From assembly GCA_016839365.1 (NCBI GenBank), contig JAEOUH010000008.1, positions 1 to 57,922 of the forward strand: a stretch of 57,922 nt of DNA. Direction: 5' to 3'. Each line of letters begins with the position of its first letter. Position 1 is the stretch's first letter. This DNA is from Candidatus Hermodarchaeota archaeon. Its GTDB lineage: Archaea > Asgardarchaeota > Hermodarchaeia > Hermodarchaeales > Hermodarchaeaceae. The position numbers were made by a program, and so were the translations under genes. Positions 29,471-39,882 of this stretch are shown here, piece after piece. The notes beneath the pieces were generated by a model. That model was given only the letters and a program-made list of their open reading frames with translations. It was not told the origin of the DNA and searched no databases.

Positions 29471-30211
29471 ATGGTCAACTACGACGAGCTTGCCCAAGAT
29501 TATCAGCGACATCGTCAGGTTCATCCTGAAGTCTTGAAACAACTCATTGCTACTAGTGAGGTTCGTCGTGACTCAACCGTCCTTGAAGTTGGATGTGGAA
29601 CAGGAAATTACATTCATGCCTTCCACTCTGCAACGGATGCAAAGTCGTGGGGAGTCGATGCGTCCGAACAAATGCTTACTCAAGCCAAGCACCAGTCCCC
29701 TGATATTGTCTTTAGCCAGGGGCTAGCTTCTTCCCTTCAATTCGGAGAAGCATTCTTCGATTTTGTATTTTCTGTCGATCTAGTTCAACACCTGGAAGAT
29801 ATCATCCCCTATTTTTCCGAAGTTTTTAGAATCCTGAAACCAGGAGGGCGTATTTGTACGGTCACTGATTCAGAAGAAATTATTCGAACCCGTCGACCAC
29901 TTGCCTTCTACTTTCCCGACACTATCACAGTTGACATCGAACGATACCCATCACTCCTCGTTCTCCGGAAACGCATGGGAGACGCCGGTTTTCAGAACAT
30001 CAAACAAATACAGGCAGAATTTTCATACGAGCTGAGAGACATCGAAGCGTATCGAACGAAGGCGTTTTCCTGCTTACATCTTATCTCTCCAGAAGCCTTC
30101 CAGGCTGGCCTTACTCGATTGGAAGGGGATCTCGCTCAAGGACCAATCCCTGCAAATAGCCGATACGTGCTCCTTTTTGGTCATAAACCAACGCAAATCG
30201 TCTATCTCTAG
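29471..30211 (+). CDS. Class I SAM-dependent methyltransferase
   Basis: VLEVGCGTG, GVDASEQML, FDFVFS, RILKPGG. Confidence 0.92.
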   Translation: MVNYDELAQDYQRHRQVHPEVLKQLIATSEVRRDSTVLEVGCGTGNYIHAFHSATDAKSWGVDASEQMLTQAKHQSPDIVFSQGLASSLQFGEAFFDFVFSVDLVQHLEDIIPYFSEVFRILKPGGRICTVTDSEEIIRTRRPLAFYFPDTITVDIERYPSLLVLRKRMGDAGFQNIKQIQAEFSYELRDIEAYRTKAFSCLHLISPEAFQAGLTRLEGDLAQGPIPANSRYVLLFGHKPTQIVYL

Positions 30212-30350
30212 CTTGGAAGCCCCATTCGGGTTTCCGAACCAATGATTGCGGAAATGGGCATCACCACATGGGTTTCCCGGTGTTTTCCCAACCTGTTACT
30301 ATCTCTAACTTTATCACTGAGGATTGACCTCAAAATTGTGGATGATAGCA

Positions 30351-31544
30351 ATGAAGCTAAAACGACTCGTGATGGCATCACTTCTCCCGCTTCTTCTTGT
30401 GTCACCCTTCATCATTCCTGGAACGGTACCTGTGAAGGTCCAATCAACCGTCCCTGACTATTGGCCCACTGAGGACTGGTTAACGGCGACTCCAGAGTCC
30501 CAAGGGGTGAATTCCATTATGCTACGGCAAATGGAACAATATCTGGATGGTCAAGTCTGGAGCTTCACCTTAAGGTCCATCCTCATTATCCGCCACGGCT
30601 ATCTTATTTACGAAAACTACATGGGACTTCCAGACCGTGTAAACATAACCAGTAATATCTATTCCTGCACCAAGAGTGTCAGCTCAGCTCTCATCGGCAT
30701 CGCAATCGATCAAGGCTATGTAAGTCTTGATGATAGACTTGTAGACATCTTTTCTCATCTCACCATTGAGAACTTGGACAGTCGGAAAGAAGCGATTACC
30801 ATAGAACACCTGTTAACAATGACCTCCGGGCTTCCTTGGGATGAATGGACCTACCCGTATGGGAATCCAAACAACGACTGGGATCGCATGACAACCAGTC
30901 CCAACTGGGTGGAATTCGTAATTAATCGACCCATGGCCTATGCCCCCGGGTCTCAGTGGGTCTATAACACTGGTGGCTCACATCTCCTTTCATCCATCGT
31001 TCACGAAACAACTGGTATAGCCACACAGGACTTTGCTGAGGAAAACCTGTTTGCACCCCTCGGTATCACAGAATATTATTGGTCCCGAGATCCTCAAGGC
31101 AATGTTAATGGTGGTTCATCCCTCCAACTTCGAGCCCGAGATATGGCCAAGTTCGGTTTCCTTTATCTGCATAATGGCACCTGGGATGGCGAACAGATCG
31201 TATCCGCTTCCTGGGTGGCGGCTTCCTCCGCGAGCCATGCAACTGTGGACAGCGTAACCGAATATGGCTACCAATGGTGGATTCATCCTAATATCGGCGC
31301 CTTTGCTGCACACGGGCATATGAACCAACACATCTACATTATCCCGGACCAGGATATGGTTGTTGTTTTCACGGCCCGAAGTTCGGAGTTTAATCCAATG
31401 CATCTAATTGAAGACTATATTCTCCCAGCAGCACAATATCCGTCCAACTTACTGCCCTTGATACTTGGTGTCACCGCCATATCTGCTGCCGTGGTTTTGG
31501 GTGTAGTAGCGGTTGTCCTGATTCGACGACGACATACTAAATAG
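30351..31544 (+). CDS. Membrane-anchored serine hydrolase (beta-lactamase class C-like), paralogue
   Basis: SCTK, LLTMTSG, WVYNT, YGYQWW; signal peptide and C-terminal TM helix. Confidence 0.9.
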   Translation: MKLKRLVMASLLPLLLVSPFIIPGTVPVKVQSTVPDYWPTEDWLTATPESQGVNSIMLRQMEQYLDGQVWSFTLRSILIIRHGYLIYENYMGLPDRVNITSNIYSCTKSVSSALIGIAIDQGYVSLDDRLVDIFSHLTIENLDSRKEAITIEHLLTMTSGLPWDEWTYPYGNPNNDWDRMTTSPNWVEFVINRPMAYAPGSQWVYNTGGSHLLSSIVHETTGIATQDFAEENLFAPLGITEYYWSRDPQGNVNGGSSLQLRARDMAKFGFLYLHNGTWDGEQIVSASWVAASSASHATVDSVTEYGYQWWIHPNIGAFAAHGHMNQHIYIIPDQDMVVVFTARSSEFNPMHLIEDYILPAAQYPSNLLPLILGVTAISAAVVLGVVAVVLIRRRHTK

Positions 31545-31615
31545 GTTCAGTCGGCATCACACCCACGGCTTTTTTATTCTGAACCACTCAATAGAGGTAT
31601 TCAGGGTACTTTACC

Positions 31616-32278
31616 ATGTCCATAGAAACCATCGTGAAGGAAATTGCTTGTCCGAAGGGCGGAAACCCACGTGCCATCAAGGCGGTGATTCGAAAAACCC
31701 AACTTAGCTTCATGGAACGAACCGCCAGTGAGGCCCTTGAAAAGGAACACCATAAACTCTCACAGACAGATCCTGATGAGTTCCAACGAGAAATCCATAA
31801 ACAGCTTGCTGAAGCCCAGGCGAAGATGCGTAAGGAAGGGTTAGTGAAACTCGAGCTCGTCTGCCCCGATCACCCTGGTGAGGGCGAATATTCTTTCTTT
31901 TTTGAAAACCTCCCCGTTTACGCACCCGTTATTAAAAAGAACGTAATGCGGTGCCTCAAGTGTGGCACTCCTGTTACTCTTGAAAATACCAAAACCTCAG
32001 GAAGCTTCAAGCTGCTAAATATCCGATGTCCAGAACATGGTACTGGGCAACGCAAAATCTCCGCAGTAATCCATGATATCATCATGCAAGCTGAAGCGCA
32101 GCAACCCACCCTCTCTCCCCCTCCTGCTGAGACAGATTTTACACCACAACCAGCTATTCCCCCTCCAAGTGCTGTCGATGATGTCACGATTAGTTTCTGC
32201 TGGAACTGTGGAGCCAAAACTATTGGAGCCACATCTCAATACTGTCACAAATGCGGCGTTTCCCTCAAGCCTCCCTAA
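31616..32278 (+). CDS. Multi-Zn-ribbon protein
   Basis: CPKG, CPDH, CLKC, CPEH, then a Pro linker and CWNC..CHKC. Confidence 0.7.
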   Translation: MSIETIVKEIACPKGGNPRAIKAVIRKTQLSFMERTASEALEKEHHKLSQTDPDEFQREIHKQLAEAQAKMRKEGLVKLELVCPDHPGEGEYSFFFENLPVYAPVIKKNVMRCLKCGTPVTLENTKTSGSFKLLNIRCPEHGTGQRKISAVIHDIIMQAEAQQPTLSPPPAETDFTPQPAIPPPSAVDDVTISFCWNCGAKTIGATSQYCHKCGVSLKPP

Positions 32279-32368
32279 GATTTCCACAGGTATCATAAAA
32301 CCGGAGTCTCTTTAAGATTTAACTTCATACAAAGTCAACTGCTAAGTGATTTAAGTGGAGGAAACACT

Positions 32369-33577
32369 ATGACCAAAAATCGACGTAAAGAGGCTCTTAA
32401 AGGAATTATCAAGGCTTTGCATGATGGGGCTACTGTTGAACAGATGAAATCTCAGTTTGGTGATCTACTCGCAAGTTGCAGCCCTCTGGAAATAGCTCAA
32501 ATCGAAGAAGAACTCATCAAGGAAGGAATGCCCGCAGAAGAAATTCGTGCATTATGTGATGTTCATCTCGCTGCATTCCAAGACGCTTTAAAATCAACCC
32601 ACCTCGATCTAGACGCCTCTCATCCGATATGGATTCTCATGGAAGAACATAATCTTTTGTTAAAGAATGCTATCGCGGTACAAGAACTTACGAAACAACT
32701 TTTCGGATTTGACACTCTTGATGAGGCGAAACCACAATGGGATTCCCTGAAGAAAAAAGTATCACGATTCCGTGAATCCGAAAATCACTATCTCAGAGAG
32801 GAGAATGTTCTCTTTCCCTACCTTGAGAAACATGGAATCACCCAGCCTCCGAAAATCATGTGGGCTGAGCACGACGAAATTCGCGCTATCGAAAAACAAC
32901 TCTATACTCTTATCGAGTCCCCTAACCAAGCTGATCACCGTAAATTCGTTTCTCAACTCGATAATATTTCCTTAGCACTAGCTGAGAAGCTTGCCAGTCA
33001 TTTTCAAAAGGAAAACAACATCCTGTTTCCATCTGGTCTCCGGGTTATTGCTGCCGAGGAATGGTCTCAGATTCGTCAAGAATTTAATGAAATTGGTTAT
33101 AGTTTTTTCACTCCCAAACCTTTCATCGCAGAAACACCCCAACCAAAAGAACCTGAGGTTAGTAAAATTATGGAGAAACTCGTTCAATTTGAAACCGGAA
33201 CCTTGTCACATGAGGTTCTTCAAGGCATTTTTAATACTCTACCTGTCGACATCACCTTCGTTGATAAGGATGACAAAGTTCAATTCTATAGCGAATCTGG
33301 AGGACGAATTTTCGTTCGAACCAAAGCAGTCATCGGACGTACCGTCCAAGCCTGCCACCCCCAAAAAAGTATCCACAAAGTCCAACAGATCCTTGACGAC
33401 TTCCGCGCAGGCAAGCGGAAGACTGCCGCCTTCTGGATTAACCTAAAAGATCGTTTCATCTACATTCGGTACCTTGCAGTTCATGACAGCAAGAATAATT
33501 ATCTCGGATGTCTAGAAGTCACACAAGACATTACTGACATCCGCGCGCTTGAAGGCGAAAAACGCCTCCTCGACTAG
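32369..33577 (+). CDS. DUF438 + hemerythrin + PAS domain protein
   Basis: EIAQIEEELIKEG..LCDVH; HYLREENVLFP; MWAEHDEIR; LPVDITFVD..CHPQKS. Confidence 0.92.
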   Translation: MTKNRRKEALKGIIKALHDGATVEQMKSQFGDLLASCSPLEIAQIEEELIKEGMPAEEIRALCDVHLAAFQDALKSTHLDLDASHPIWILMEEHNLLLKNAIAVQELTKQLFGFDTLDEAKPQWDSLKKKVSRFRESENHYLREENVLFPYLEKHGITQPPKIMWAEHDEIRAIEKQLYTLIESPNQADHRKFVSQLDNISLALAEKLASHFQKENNILFPSGLRVIAAEEWSQIRQEFNEIGYSFFTPKPFIAETPQPKEPEVSKIMEKLVQFETGTLSHEVLQGIFNTLPVDITFVDKDDKVQFYSESGGRIFVRTKAVIGRTVQACHPQKSIHKVQQILDDFRAGKRKTAAFWINLKDRFIYIRYLAVHDSKNNYLGCLEVTQDITDIRALEGEKRLLD

Positions 33578-33657
33578 CCTTGGAACCCTCTCTGACGCTG
33601 GTTTCGTGGAGTATTTCAACCCCACTGGGAATATCCTTCCGCTAGAGAGGTGGAACC

Positions 33658-34065
33658 ATGTTCCTCGAACTCACCATCGGAATTCTTATCCTAATCATCG
33701 TTGGGCTCATTCTCTACATTTACTATCAAAGACGACTAATCGAACTCCGCGTCAGTAAACGCATCCAAGAAGAAACGGATCGAATCAGAAAAGATGCTCT
33801 CAGCAAGAGCCGGGCTGTATTGAAAGGCAAAATCGGCGAACAAATGGCTCCCCTACTCGCTGCATTTCCCTTCGAGCCTGCTGACGCTCGATTCATTGGT
33901 GCTCCCGTTGATTACATTGTTTTCGATGGCTACAGCAGAAACAATCCCACCGAAGTAGTCCTTCTTGACATCAAAACAGGTAATGCACAACTCAGTACAA
34001 TCGAGCGCCGTATTTCCGAGTTGGTTAAGGTGAAACGAGTCCGATGGATGACCATCCGAATTTAG
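33658..34065 (+). CDS. Membrane-anchored Holliday-junction-resolvase-like endonuclease (Endonuc_Holl type)
   Basis: N-terminal TM helix; DALSKSRAVLKGKIGEQMAP..DARFIGAPVDYIVFDG..DIKTG. Confidence 0.88.
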   Translation: MFLELTIGILILIIVGLILYIYYQRRLIELRVSKRIQEETDRIRKDALSKSRAVLKGKIGEQMAPLLAAFPFEPADARFIGAPVDYIVFDGYSRNNPTEVVLLDIKTGNAQLSTIERRISELVKVKRVRWMTIRI

Positions 34066-34178
34066 CGATCCTGTGTTTACAAATGTCCCAATTCGTGTAA
34101 GTTATGAATCCTTTCCTCTGATTCTCATTCAATTTACCGGTATAGCAGCAATCTTAAGAAAAGATAACTCCATCCATT

Positions 34179-34439
34179 ATGGGAAGGGAAAATATGTCTA
34201 AGAAATCCCAACGTTGTTACAAGTTTTTCTTGGGATATGCTCTGCTCTTCATCCTTGGTTGCTTCCTGATTGTCTTCGGTTATTTCTCAATCCTTCAGGC
34301 ATTGAGCCTAATGCAACAATATCCTGGTCTAATGATCAATTATAGTGGTGCTTATAGTATAGTTGGAATTGGAATTGCGTTGTTATTTTTCGGTCCAATC
34401 CACTTGCTCTACGAACGGCGGATGAAAGTGCCTGAGTAG
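34179..34439 (+). CDS. Small two-TM membrane protein
   Basis: Two hydrophobic helices. Confidence 0.55.
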   Translation: MGRENMSKKSQRCYKFFLGYALLFILGCFLIVFGYFSILQALSLMQQYPGLMINYSGAYSIVGIGIALLFFGPIHLLYERRMKVPE

Positions 34440-34473
34440 ATCTTCTTGTAATCTAACAACTCAGCTCCTTTTA

Positions 34474-35412
34474 TCATGCATCTGAGATGCCTTGAGGAAT
34501 TATAGTAAACAGGGCTTCGCCTTCCGGGAGGTAGGGCGAGTCGATGAGTGTGGCAATCCTGCGCTCAGCCTTACTCTTCCGCAAATAAATACGCGTCTGT
34601 GCTGCATGCGCCACAATATGCCCACCAGTCGGACGGTCGGGCGCACCGAAGAAGACGTCGGGCTGGGCGTGGACTTGGTTGGTTGTGATGACAGCGATGT
34701 TGCTGATTTCAGCGACACGGAGTAGGTCGTGGAGGTGTTTGTTGAGTTTTTGTTGGCGTTCGGCGAGCATGCCGCGGCCAAGGTATTCGGCGCGGAAGTG
34801 GCCGATGAGGGAGTCGACAACGAGCAGTCGAACTTTTTCGAATTGGGGGTTGTCTTGGATCTGTTGGACGAGGAGCATTTGGTGGTCACTGTTGTAGGCG
34901 CGACCGACGATGATGTTTTTAAGGGCTTGATTGGGGGGGATGTTTTTAGCTTGGGCCATGTTGATGATGCGTTCGGGGCGGAAGGTGCCTTCAGTGTCGA
35001 TATAGGCCGCTGTGGCGTCGCAGCCTCCTTGGTCTGGGGGGAGTTGGACGTTGACGGCGAGTTGGTGGCACAACTGGGTTTTCCCGGATCGGAATGCGCC
35101 AGCAAATTCGGTCATGCTGCCGGTTTCGACACCTCCACCGAGGAGAGCGTCGAGTTCACGGCTATTGGTGGTGATGCGTTCGATGGTTTGGCGTTTCTTC
35201 CAGAGCTTGTCTGCGGTTTCAAGGCCGATGCTAGCGAGCCGCTGGGCGGATTCAATGATTTTCTGAGCAGTGCTAGCCCCGATACCAGCCAGGCTGGTGA
35301 GTTCTTTGACGGAGGCGGCGGCGATTCCTTCAATGGTACGGAAGCCGCATTCTTCGAGTTTTTGGGCGACGGTGGGTCCGACGCCCTCGATTTTTTCAAG
35401 TTCTGAGGGCAT
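34474..35412 (-). CDS. radA: DNA repair and recombination protein RadA
   Basis: HhH N-terminus LEKIEGVGP; Walker [10 protein letters not shown]; [12 protein letters not shown]; LLVVDS; RGMLAERQQ; GGHIVAHA; start reassigned to MPSELE. Confidence 0.96.
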   Translation of the reverse strand: MPSELEKIEGVGPTVAQKLEECGFRTIEGIAAASVKELTSLAGIGASTAQKIIESAQRLASIGLETADKLWKKRQTIERITTNSRELDALLGGGVETGSMTEFAGAFRSGKTQLCHQLAVNVQLPPDQGGCDATAAYIDTEGTFRPERIINMAQAKNIPPNQALKNIIVGRAYNSDHQMLLVQQIQDNPQFEKVRLLVVDSLIGHFRAEYLGRGMLAERQQKLNKHLHDLLRVAEISNIAVITTNQVHAQPDVFFGAPDRPTGGHIVAHAAQTRIYLRKSKAERRIATLIDSPYLPEGEALFTIIPQGISDA

Positions 35413-35662
35413 TGTGCTTCCTTCCGAAAGGTTATGCAAGCGTGTGTGATAGACACGTTGGGTGGGGAGACCTCGCCGAAAGTATTCGGAGGTGTAGCCA
35501 AAGGGGAGGTCCCAGGTGAAGTTGTGTGTGGTGTCCCCTATTATAGCTAATGGTTTTCCAGCTGGAATGCCCAACCCAGTGTTTTCTCTTCCCCTGTTCC
35601 GAACTGCACCCTTATAATCCTTAGACACCCCTAAGTGAAAGTGAAAACCACCAGCATTGCTC

Positions 35663-37516
35663 TTATGGATTACTGAGTGCTGTTAAATTCAGGTTCCGGA
35701 GGGCTTGTTCTGTTGGCCACCCGTCTGCATCACATCCCCGTCGTTGGTAAAGCTCTGTCAGGGAGTCTTCAAAGTCCTGCGGGCTCGTGAAAGACGTATA
35801 ACCCTTGGTGGGCCCATCAGGAACAGGATCGTGCATGAACCGGTAAGGCAATAGATCATACTTGCGGGGTGTGTCTTTGTATTCGCGGATATTGAACATC
35901 CGAGCAAGCATCCAGATGCGATTCGCAATCTGTTCAATTGCTTCCAAGCTGGTGTCCTCTCCTGTAGCTGCCGAATAGAGCGTCACACAGTCTTTGATAC
36001 TCAGTCGTGGTGAAATGGAATGGGTGAAATGACAAATCACAAGGGAGTCTTTCAAAATTTTCAGGTTCTGTTGTTCAATCAAAGAATCCAAGATAGTAAC
36101 TGCACTTACCTCAGGAGGTTTTGTAGTTGAGGGCCAACCGCGCAGATGACTCGCACCTGCAGCCGCTGTTGCATAGCTTAATCCTAACCCTAATTTTCCC
36201 CTAGGATCCCATGCAGGATATTCTAAACCTTTGGTGTGCAAGGCTAGTCGTGTGACTTTCGGCCCAAGTTCACTGGCAAACTCACGAACACCTTTGGCAA
36301 GTTGCTCACCAATGCCCACACGTGCTGCAATTTGTGGTATTAGTTTGATGACGCTCTCAGCATCACCGAATTCGATGCCATTAGTTTGGAGTCCCTTTGG
36401 TAAAAGTCTCCGTTGGGTGAGTTCCATCAGGAAGCCGATGACATTTCCTGTGCTAATTGTGTCTAATCCCAAACGGTTGCAAAGGTAATTTGCACGGGTA
36501 ATCGCTACAGGGTCATCAATACCAAGGTTACCACCTATTAGACCAAGCGTTTCGTACTCGGGGAGTGCCACAATCCCTGGCACATTCTTATCGACCCATC
36601 GATGATCTGGCTCCTTCACAGTCCAAGCACAGCTTATAACGCATCCCTCACAAGGCATCCGTCGTTTATTTTTGTGGTATACCTTTTCCAAGCTCTCATC
36701 ACTAATCTTCTTGTGTCCTTCGAAGTGAGTGGCTTGAAAATTTCGGGTGGGAAACATCCCAATACTATTCGAATAGTCAACCAGCCAAGGTGTGCCGGTG
36801 TAGTGGAGAGAGTGTCCTTTCTCTTTGGCCGCTCGGGCGCGTTGGGCCAGCTGCTTTACTAACTCGCGTTCAATATCCGGATCCGGTGTAGAAATCCTGT
36901 GTCTTGAACCCCGTATTGCAATGGCTTTCAGATTCTTAGCACCAAACACCGCTCCCAACCCGCCACGACCAAAGTTTCGGAAATAATTGTGAGTCAAACA
37001 TGCAAAACGGACTAAACGTTCTCCTGCTGGTCCAGTAGAAATCACCTGGGATTTTGGATCCTCTTTCCGAAGACCTGCTTCAGTCTCGTGGGTAGTTTTC
37101 CCCCAGAAATGGGAGGCGTCTTCGATAGTTGACCCGTCTTCGTTTATGTTAATCCAAACTGGTTTTTCAGCGTGCCCTTGGATAATTAGGAGATCATACC
37201 CTGCTCGCTTTAGTTCAGGACCAAGATAGCCACCCATGCCACTATCGATGTACAGCTGGGTCAGTGGGCTTTTCGAAATAGCTGAACAACGCCCTGTGAT
37301 GGGAATACGCGTTCCTTGCAAGGGTCCTGCAGCGAGATAAAACCGGTTTTCGGGGCTAAGGGCGTCGATGCCAGCTGGCACCTCATGGTAAAGAAAATAT
37401 GTTCCTAGCCCCTTTCCTCCGATATAATGTGATAGGACGCTTTCAGGTATTCTCTCTTCCTTGATTTGCTGAGTTGACAAATCTATACGAAGGAGCTTTC
37501 CCATCCATCCGAACAT
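35663..37516 (-). CDS. aor: Aldehyde:ferredoxin oxidoreductase (tungsten AOR family)
   Basis: [50 protein letters not shown]-terminal Cys in LVICHF. Confidence 0.93.
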   Translation of the reverse strand: MFGWMGKLLRIDLSTQQIKEERIPESVLSHYIGGKGLGTYFLYHEVPAGIDALSPENRFYLAAGPLQGTRIPITGRCSAISKSPLTQLYIDSGMGGYLGPELKRAGYDLLIIQGHAEKPVWININEDGSTIEDASHFWGKTTHETEAGLRKEDPKSQVISTGPAGERLVRFACLTHNYFRNFGRGGLGAVFGAKNLKAIAIRGSRHRISTPDPDIERELVKQLAQRARAAKEKGHSLHYTGTPWLVDYSNSIGMFPTRNFQATHFEGHKKISDESLEKVYHKNKRRMPCEGCVISCAWTVKEPDHRWVDKNVPGIVALPEYETLGLIGGNLGIDDPVAITRANYLCNRLGLDTISTGNVIGFLMELTQRRLLPKGLQTNGIEFGDAESVIKLIPQIAARVGIGEQLAKGVREFASELGPKVTRLALHTKGLEYPAWDPRGKLGLGLSYATAAAGASHLRGWPSTTKPPEVSAVTILDSLIEQQNLKILKDSLVICHFTHSISPRLSIKDCVTLYSAATGEDTSLEAIEQIANRIWMLARMFNIREYKDTPRKYDLLPYRFMHDPVPDGPTKGYTSFTSPQDFEDSLTELYQRRGCDADGWPTEQALRNLNLTALSNP

Positions 37517-37809
37517 AGTTCTTCACTCCGATAGGTTGCGGAATAGAAGCGCTCAAACATAAAATCTTACTGATTCTTCTATCAACGACTGTAAGGATAA
37601 CCGTCAAATCAATCAACAAAGTAGTTTATCATAATACTGGTTTTGTCGAAAATCACCATTTTTAATTGACATTTCTGAGTAATTGCTTTGATTTTTTAGT
37701 TATTTTTCATATTCATTGAGACAATCTTCTTTCCTCTTGAGGGTGAAAAACGCCTTGAATCTTCCCTAACGGTAAGTGATTTAAGGAACAAGGGTCCTTT
37801 TTTGACGGT

Positions 37810-37829
37810 ATCGTAGCATTAGCTACGAT
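37810..37829. promoter_or_regulatory. Perfect inverted repeat ATCGTAGC-N4-GCTACGAT upstream of the solute-binding protein gene (possible operator)
   Basis: Seen directly, between a TTTAAG TATA-like element and the start codon. Confidence 0.45.
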
Positions 37830-37859
37830 TCAGAAAAACGCCAAGAGGTTTAAACCAAA

Positions 37860-39728
37860 TTGGAGCGAAAAAACACTTACAAAATTTTTGCTCTTCTGAT
37901 CCTCGTTTCTTTAATACCGATGTTTCTGGCGTATACAGGGAATGAACCTATTCCCTATATTGCCGCCGCTCCTGCGCAAGACGGCGAATGGAACCCAGTC
38001 GGTCCCTATATCGATAAGGTTATCTTTCGCGTGATCGTAGGAGAAGACATTCAAACTGCTGCTTTGGTCTCTGGTCAAGTTGATCATCTCACTGATGATG
38101 TTCAACTCGACTACCTTGAGGATCTAGAAGCAAACCCTGATATCTTCTTGTCACAAACCGATCGTCTCGCGTTCGGTCACCTGACAATCAACTGTCTCAA
38201 CTACCCATTCAGCATCACCGCCCTCCGTCGAGCCTATGCCCATTGTTTCGATAAATTCGAGATGGCGCAAATCATGAAGGAAGGTGTGGGCTATGCCGTT
38301 GACTCTCCACTGCCACCCTCTGCTGGTATCTGGTATAACAACCAGACTGAAAGCTTCAAGGAACCCAACGTGGCTGCTGCTATTGCAGAGCTTGATGCCG
38401 CAGGGTTCGTTGACCTGGATGGTGACGGTATCAGAGAAGCACCCGACGGAAGCAGGTTCGCCCTTGATGTCTGGTACGGAGCATCCGCTCCTCAATGGGG
38501 TGCTGCATTCACTGCTCAAGAACCACGATGTATTCAAGCAGGTCTTGCCATAAGGACAACAGCGATTGACTGGACCTACCTTTCAGGAGAACTATTAGAT
38601 GCTATTCCACGTCCATACGATGCGGTCTCGTACGCCTGGCTCACCGGCACCAATCCATTACTCCTTGAGATGTTCACAACCGAGAACATCCCTGTGCCCA
38701 ACGGTAACCGTTGCAACTGGAGTAATTCCAGCTACGACGATGCAATCGAGATTATGATGACGGCTGCCGACTATGATACTGTGCTTGATGCTGCTCATCT
38801 CGCTCAAGACATCATCGTCGAAAACTGTCCAATCATTCCCTTCTACAGTAACTTCATCATCAACGGTCAACGCATCGATAAATGGGACCAAGATTCCTAT
38901 CTAGTTGCCACTGGTTGGGGTACAGGCCCCATGAACCGCTGGACTGCGCGCCTTGTACAACTCAAAGAAGGTCAACCTGGGCGCAATCCAACCACTGGTA
39001 CTGGTGGAACGTGGGTCAGTCAAGTTGGCTCCGCGATTACTGGACAGAATCCTTTGACCTCCCAAGATGCTGTAACCAACTATGTCATGGCTAATATCTA
39101 TCCTGAAGGTCTCTCTGGTTATGATCCCATTACCCACACTCCGAGTCCCAACGGTGGACTCGCCTGGGACTGGACGGTCACAGAACTCGCTGATGGTCTG
39201 CAGTATGACTTCACACTTCGTGGAAGTGATGATGATCATCCACCTGCCTACTGGCATGACATGGGTGGCGAATATGGCGGTATGGTTACTGCACACGACG
39301 TAGAATTCTCCTATAACTACATTAAAGACAACATGATACCGCTATACGTCACAGAGATCAGCTATCTTAATTCGTGTGTTGCCCTTGATGATTGGCACGT
39401 GCGGATTATCAGTAACGGCAAGAGCTATTGGACCTTCGATTATCTCGGTGGCTGGGATGTTCTTCCGCAACACATCTGGGAAGGCGTTATTAGCCCAATC
39501 ACCTTCACCAATCCGCGACCTGTCGGATATGGTCCTTTTGTATGGGACCAACGACTTGAAGGTGAATTTATCCAGATGGTCTTCTGGGAGAATTACCACG
39601 CAGGTGTACCTGGACATACCGCAGCCGAAGAAGTACAACAAAGCTATCTAGCCCTCTACATTGGGGTTGGAGTACTAGTTATTGTTGTGGTGCTTCTTGG
39701 CAGTGTCTGGTATCTCCGGAAGAAGTAA
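37860..39728 (+). CDS. ABC transporter family-5 (peptide/nickel) solute-binding protein, circularly permuted, C-terminally anchored
   Basis: GPYIDKVIF, ALVSGQVD, ALRRAYAH early in the chain; NPL..LAWDW..VTAHDVEFSY..PVGYGPF late; C-terminal TM helix. Confidence 0.88.
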   Translation: MERKNTYKIFALLILVSLIPMFLAYTGNEPIPYIAAAPAQDGEWNPVGPYIDKVIFRVIVGEDIQTAALVSGQVDHLTDDVQLDYLEDLEANPDIFLSQTDRLAFGHLTINCLNYPFSITALRRAYAHCFDKFEMAQIMKEGVGYAVDSPLPPSAGIWYNNQTESFKEPNVAAAIAELDAAGFVDLDGDGIREAPDGSRFALDVWYGASAPQWGAAFTAQEPRCIQAGLAIRTTAIDWTYLSGELLDAIPRPYDAVSYAWLTGTNPLLLEMFTTENIPVPNGNRCNWSNSSYDDAIEIMMTAADYDTVLDAAHLAQDIIVENCPIIPFYSNFIINGQRIDKWDQDSYLVATGWGTGPMNRWTARLVQLKEGQPGRNPTTGTGGTWVSQVGSAITGQNPLTSQDAVTNYVMANIYPEGLSGYDPITHTPSPNGGLAWDWTVTELADGLQYDFTLRGSDDDHPPAYWHDMGGEYGGMVTAHDVEFSYNYIKDNMIPLYVTEISYLNSCVALDDWHVRIISNGKSYWTFDYLGGWDVLPQHIWEGVISPITFTNPRPVGYGPFVWDQRLEGEFIQMVFWENYHAGVPGHTAAEEVQQSYLALYIGVGVLVIVVVLLGSVWYLRKK

Positions 39729-39753
39729 TCGAACAAATTCCCCAATACCCATT

Positions 39754-39788
39754 AGGTGCCATAATGGCACCTTCCCTCCTCTTTTTTC
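39754..39788 (+). terminator. Hairpin + T-tract after the solute-binding protein gene
   Basis: AGGTGCCA-TAA-TGGCACCT followed by a pyrimidine run containing TTTTTT. Confidence 0.55.
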
Positions 39789-39882
39789 ATCTAATGAATT
39801 TCATTCACCTCAACTTATAATTGGTTTAAGACCGACTGCCACTAGCGGTAACATTATAACTCATCTCGTTGCTGAGGGCTCT

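Noticed and set aside
34500-35501. Several long alternative-frame and antisense ORFs over radA
   Set aside because: Explained by the biased codon usage of radA; low-complexity Ser/Thr/Pro translations
35413-35628. 72-aa N-terminal extension of RadA in the ORF track
   Set aside because: Homology begins at MPSELE; the extension covers the probable promoter and leader
39682-39882. N-terminal extension of the presenilin-like ORF
   Set aside because: Overlaps the upstream gene end and its terminator-like hairpin; ATG at 39883 is more plausible
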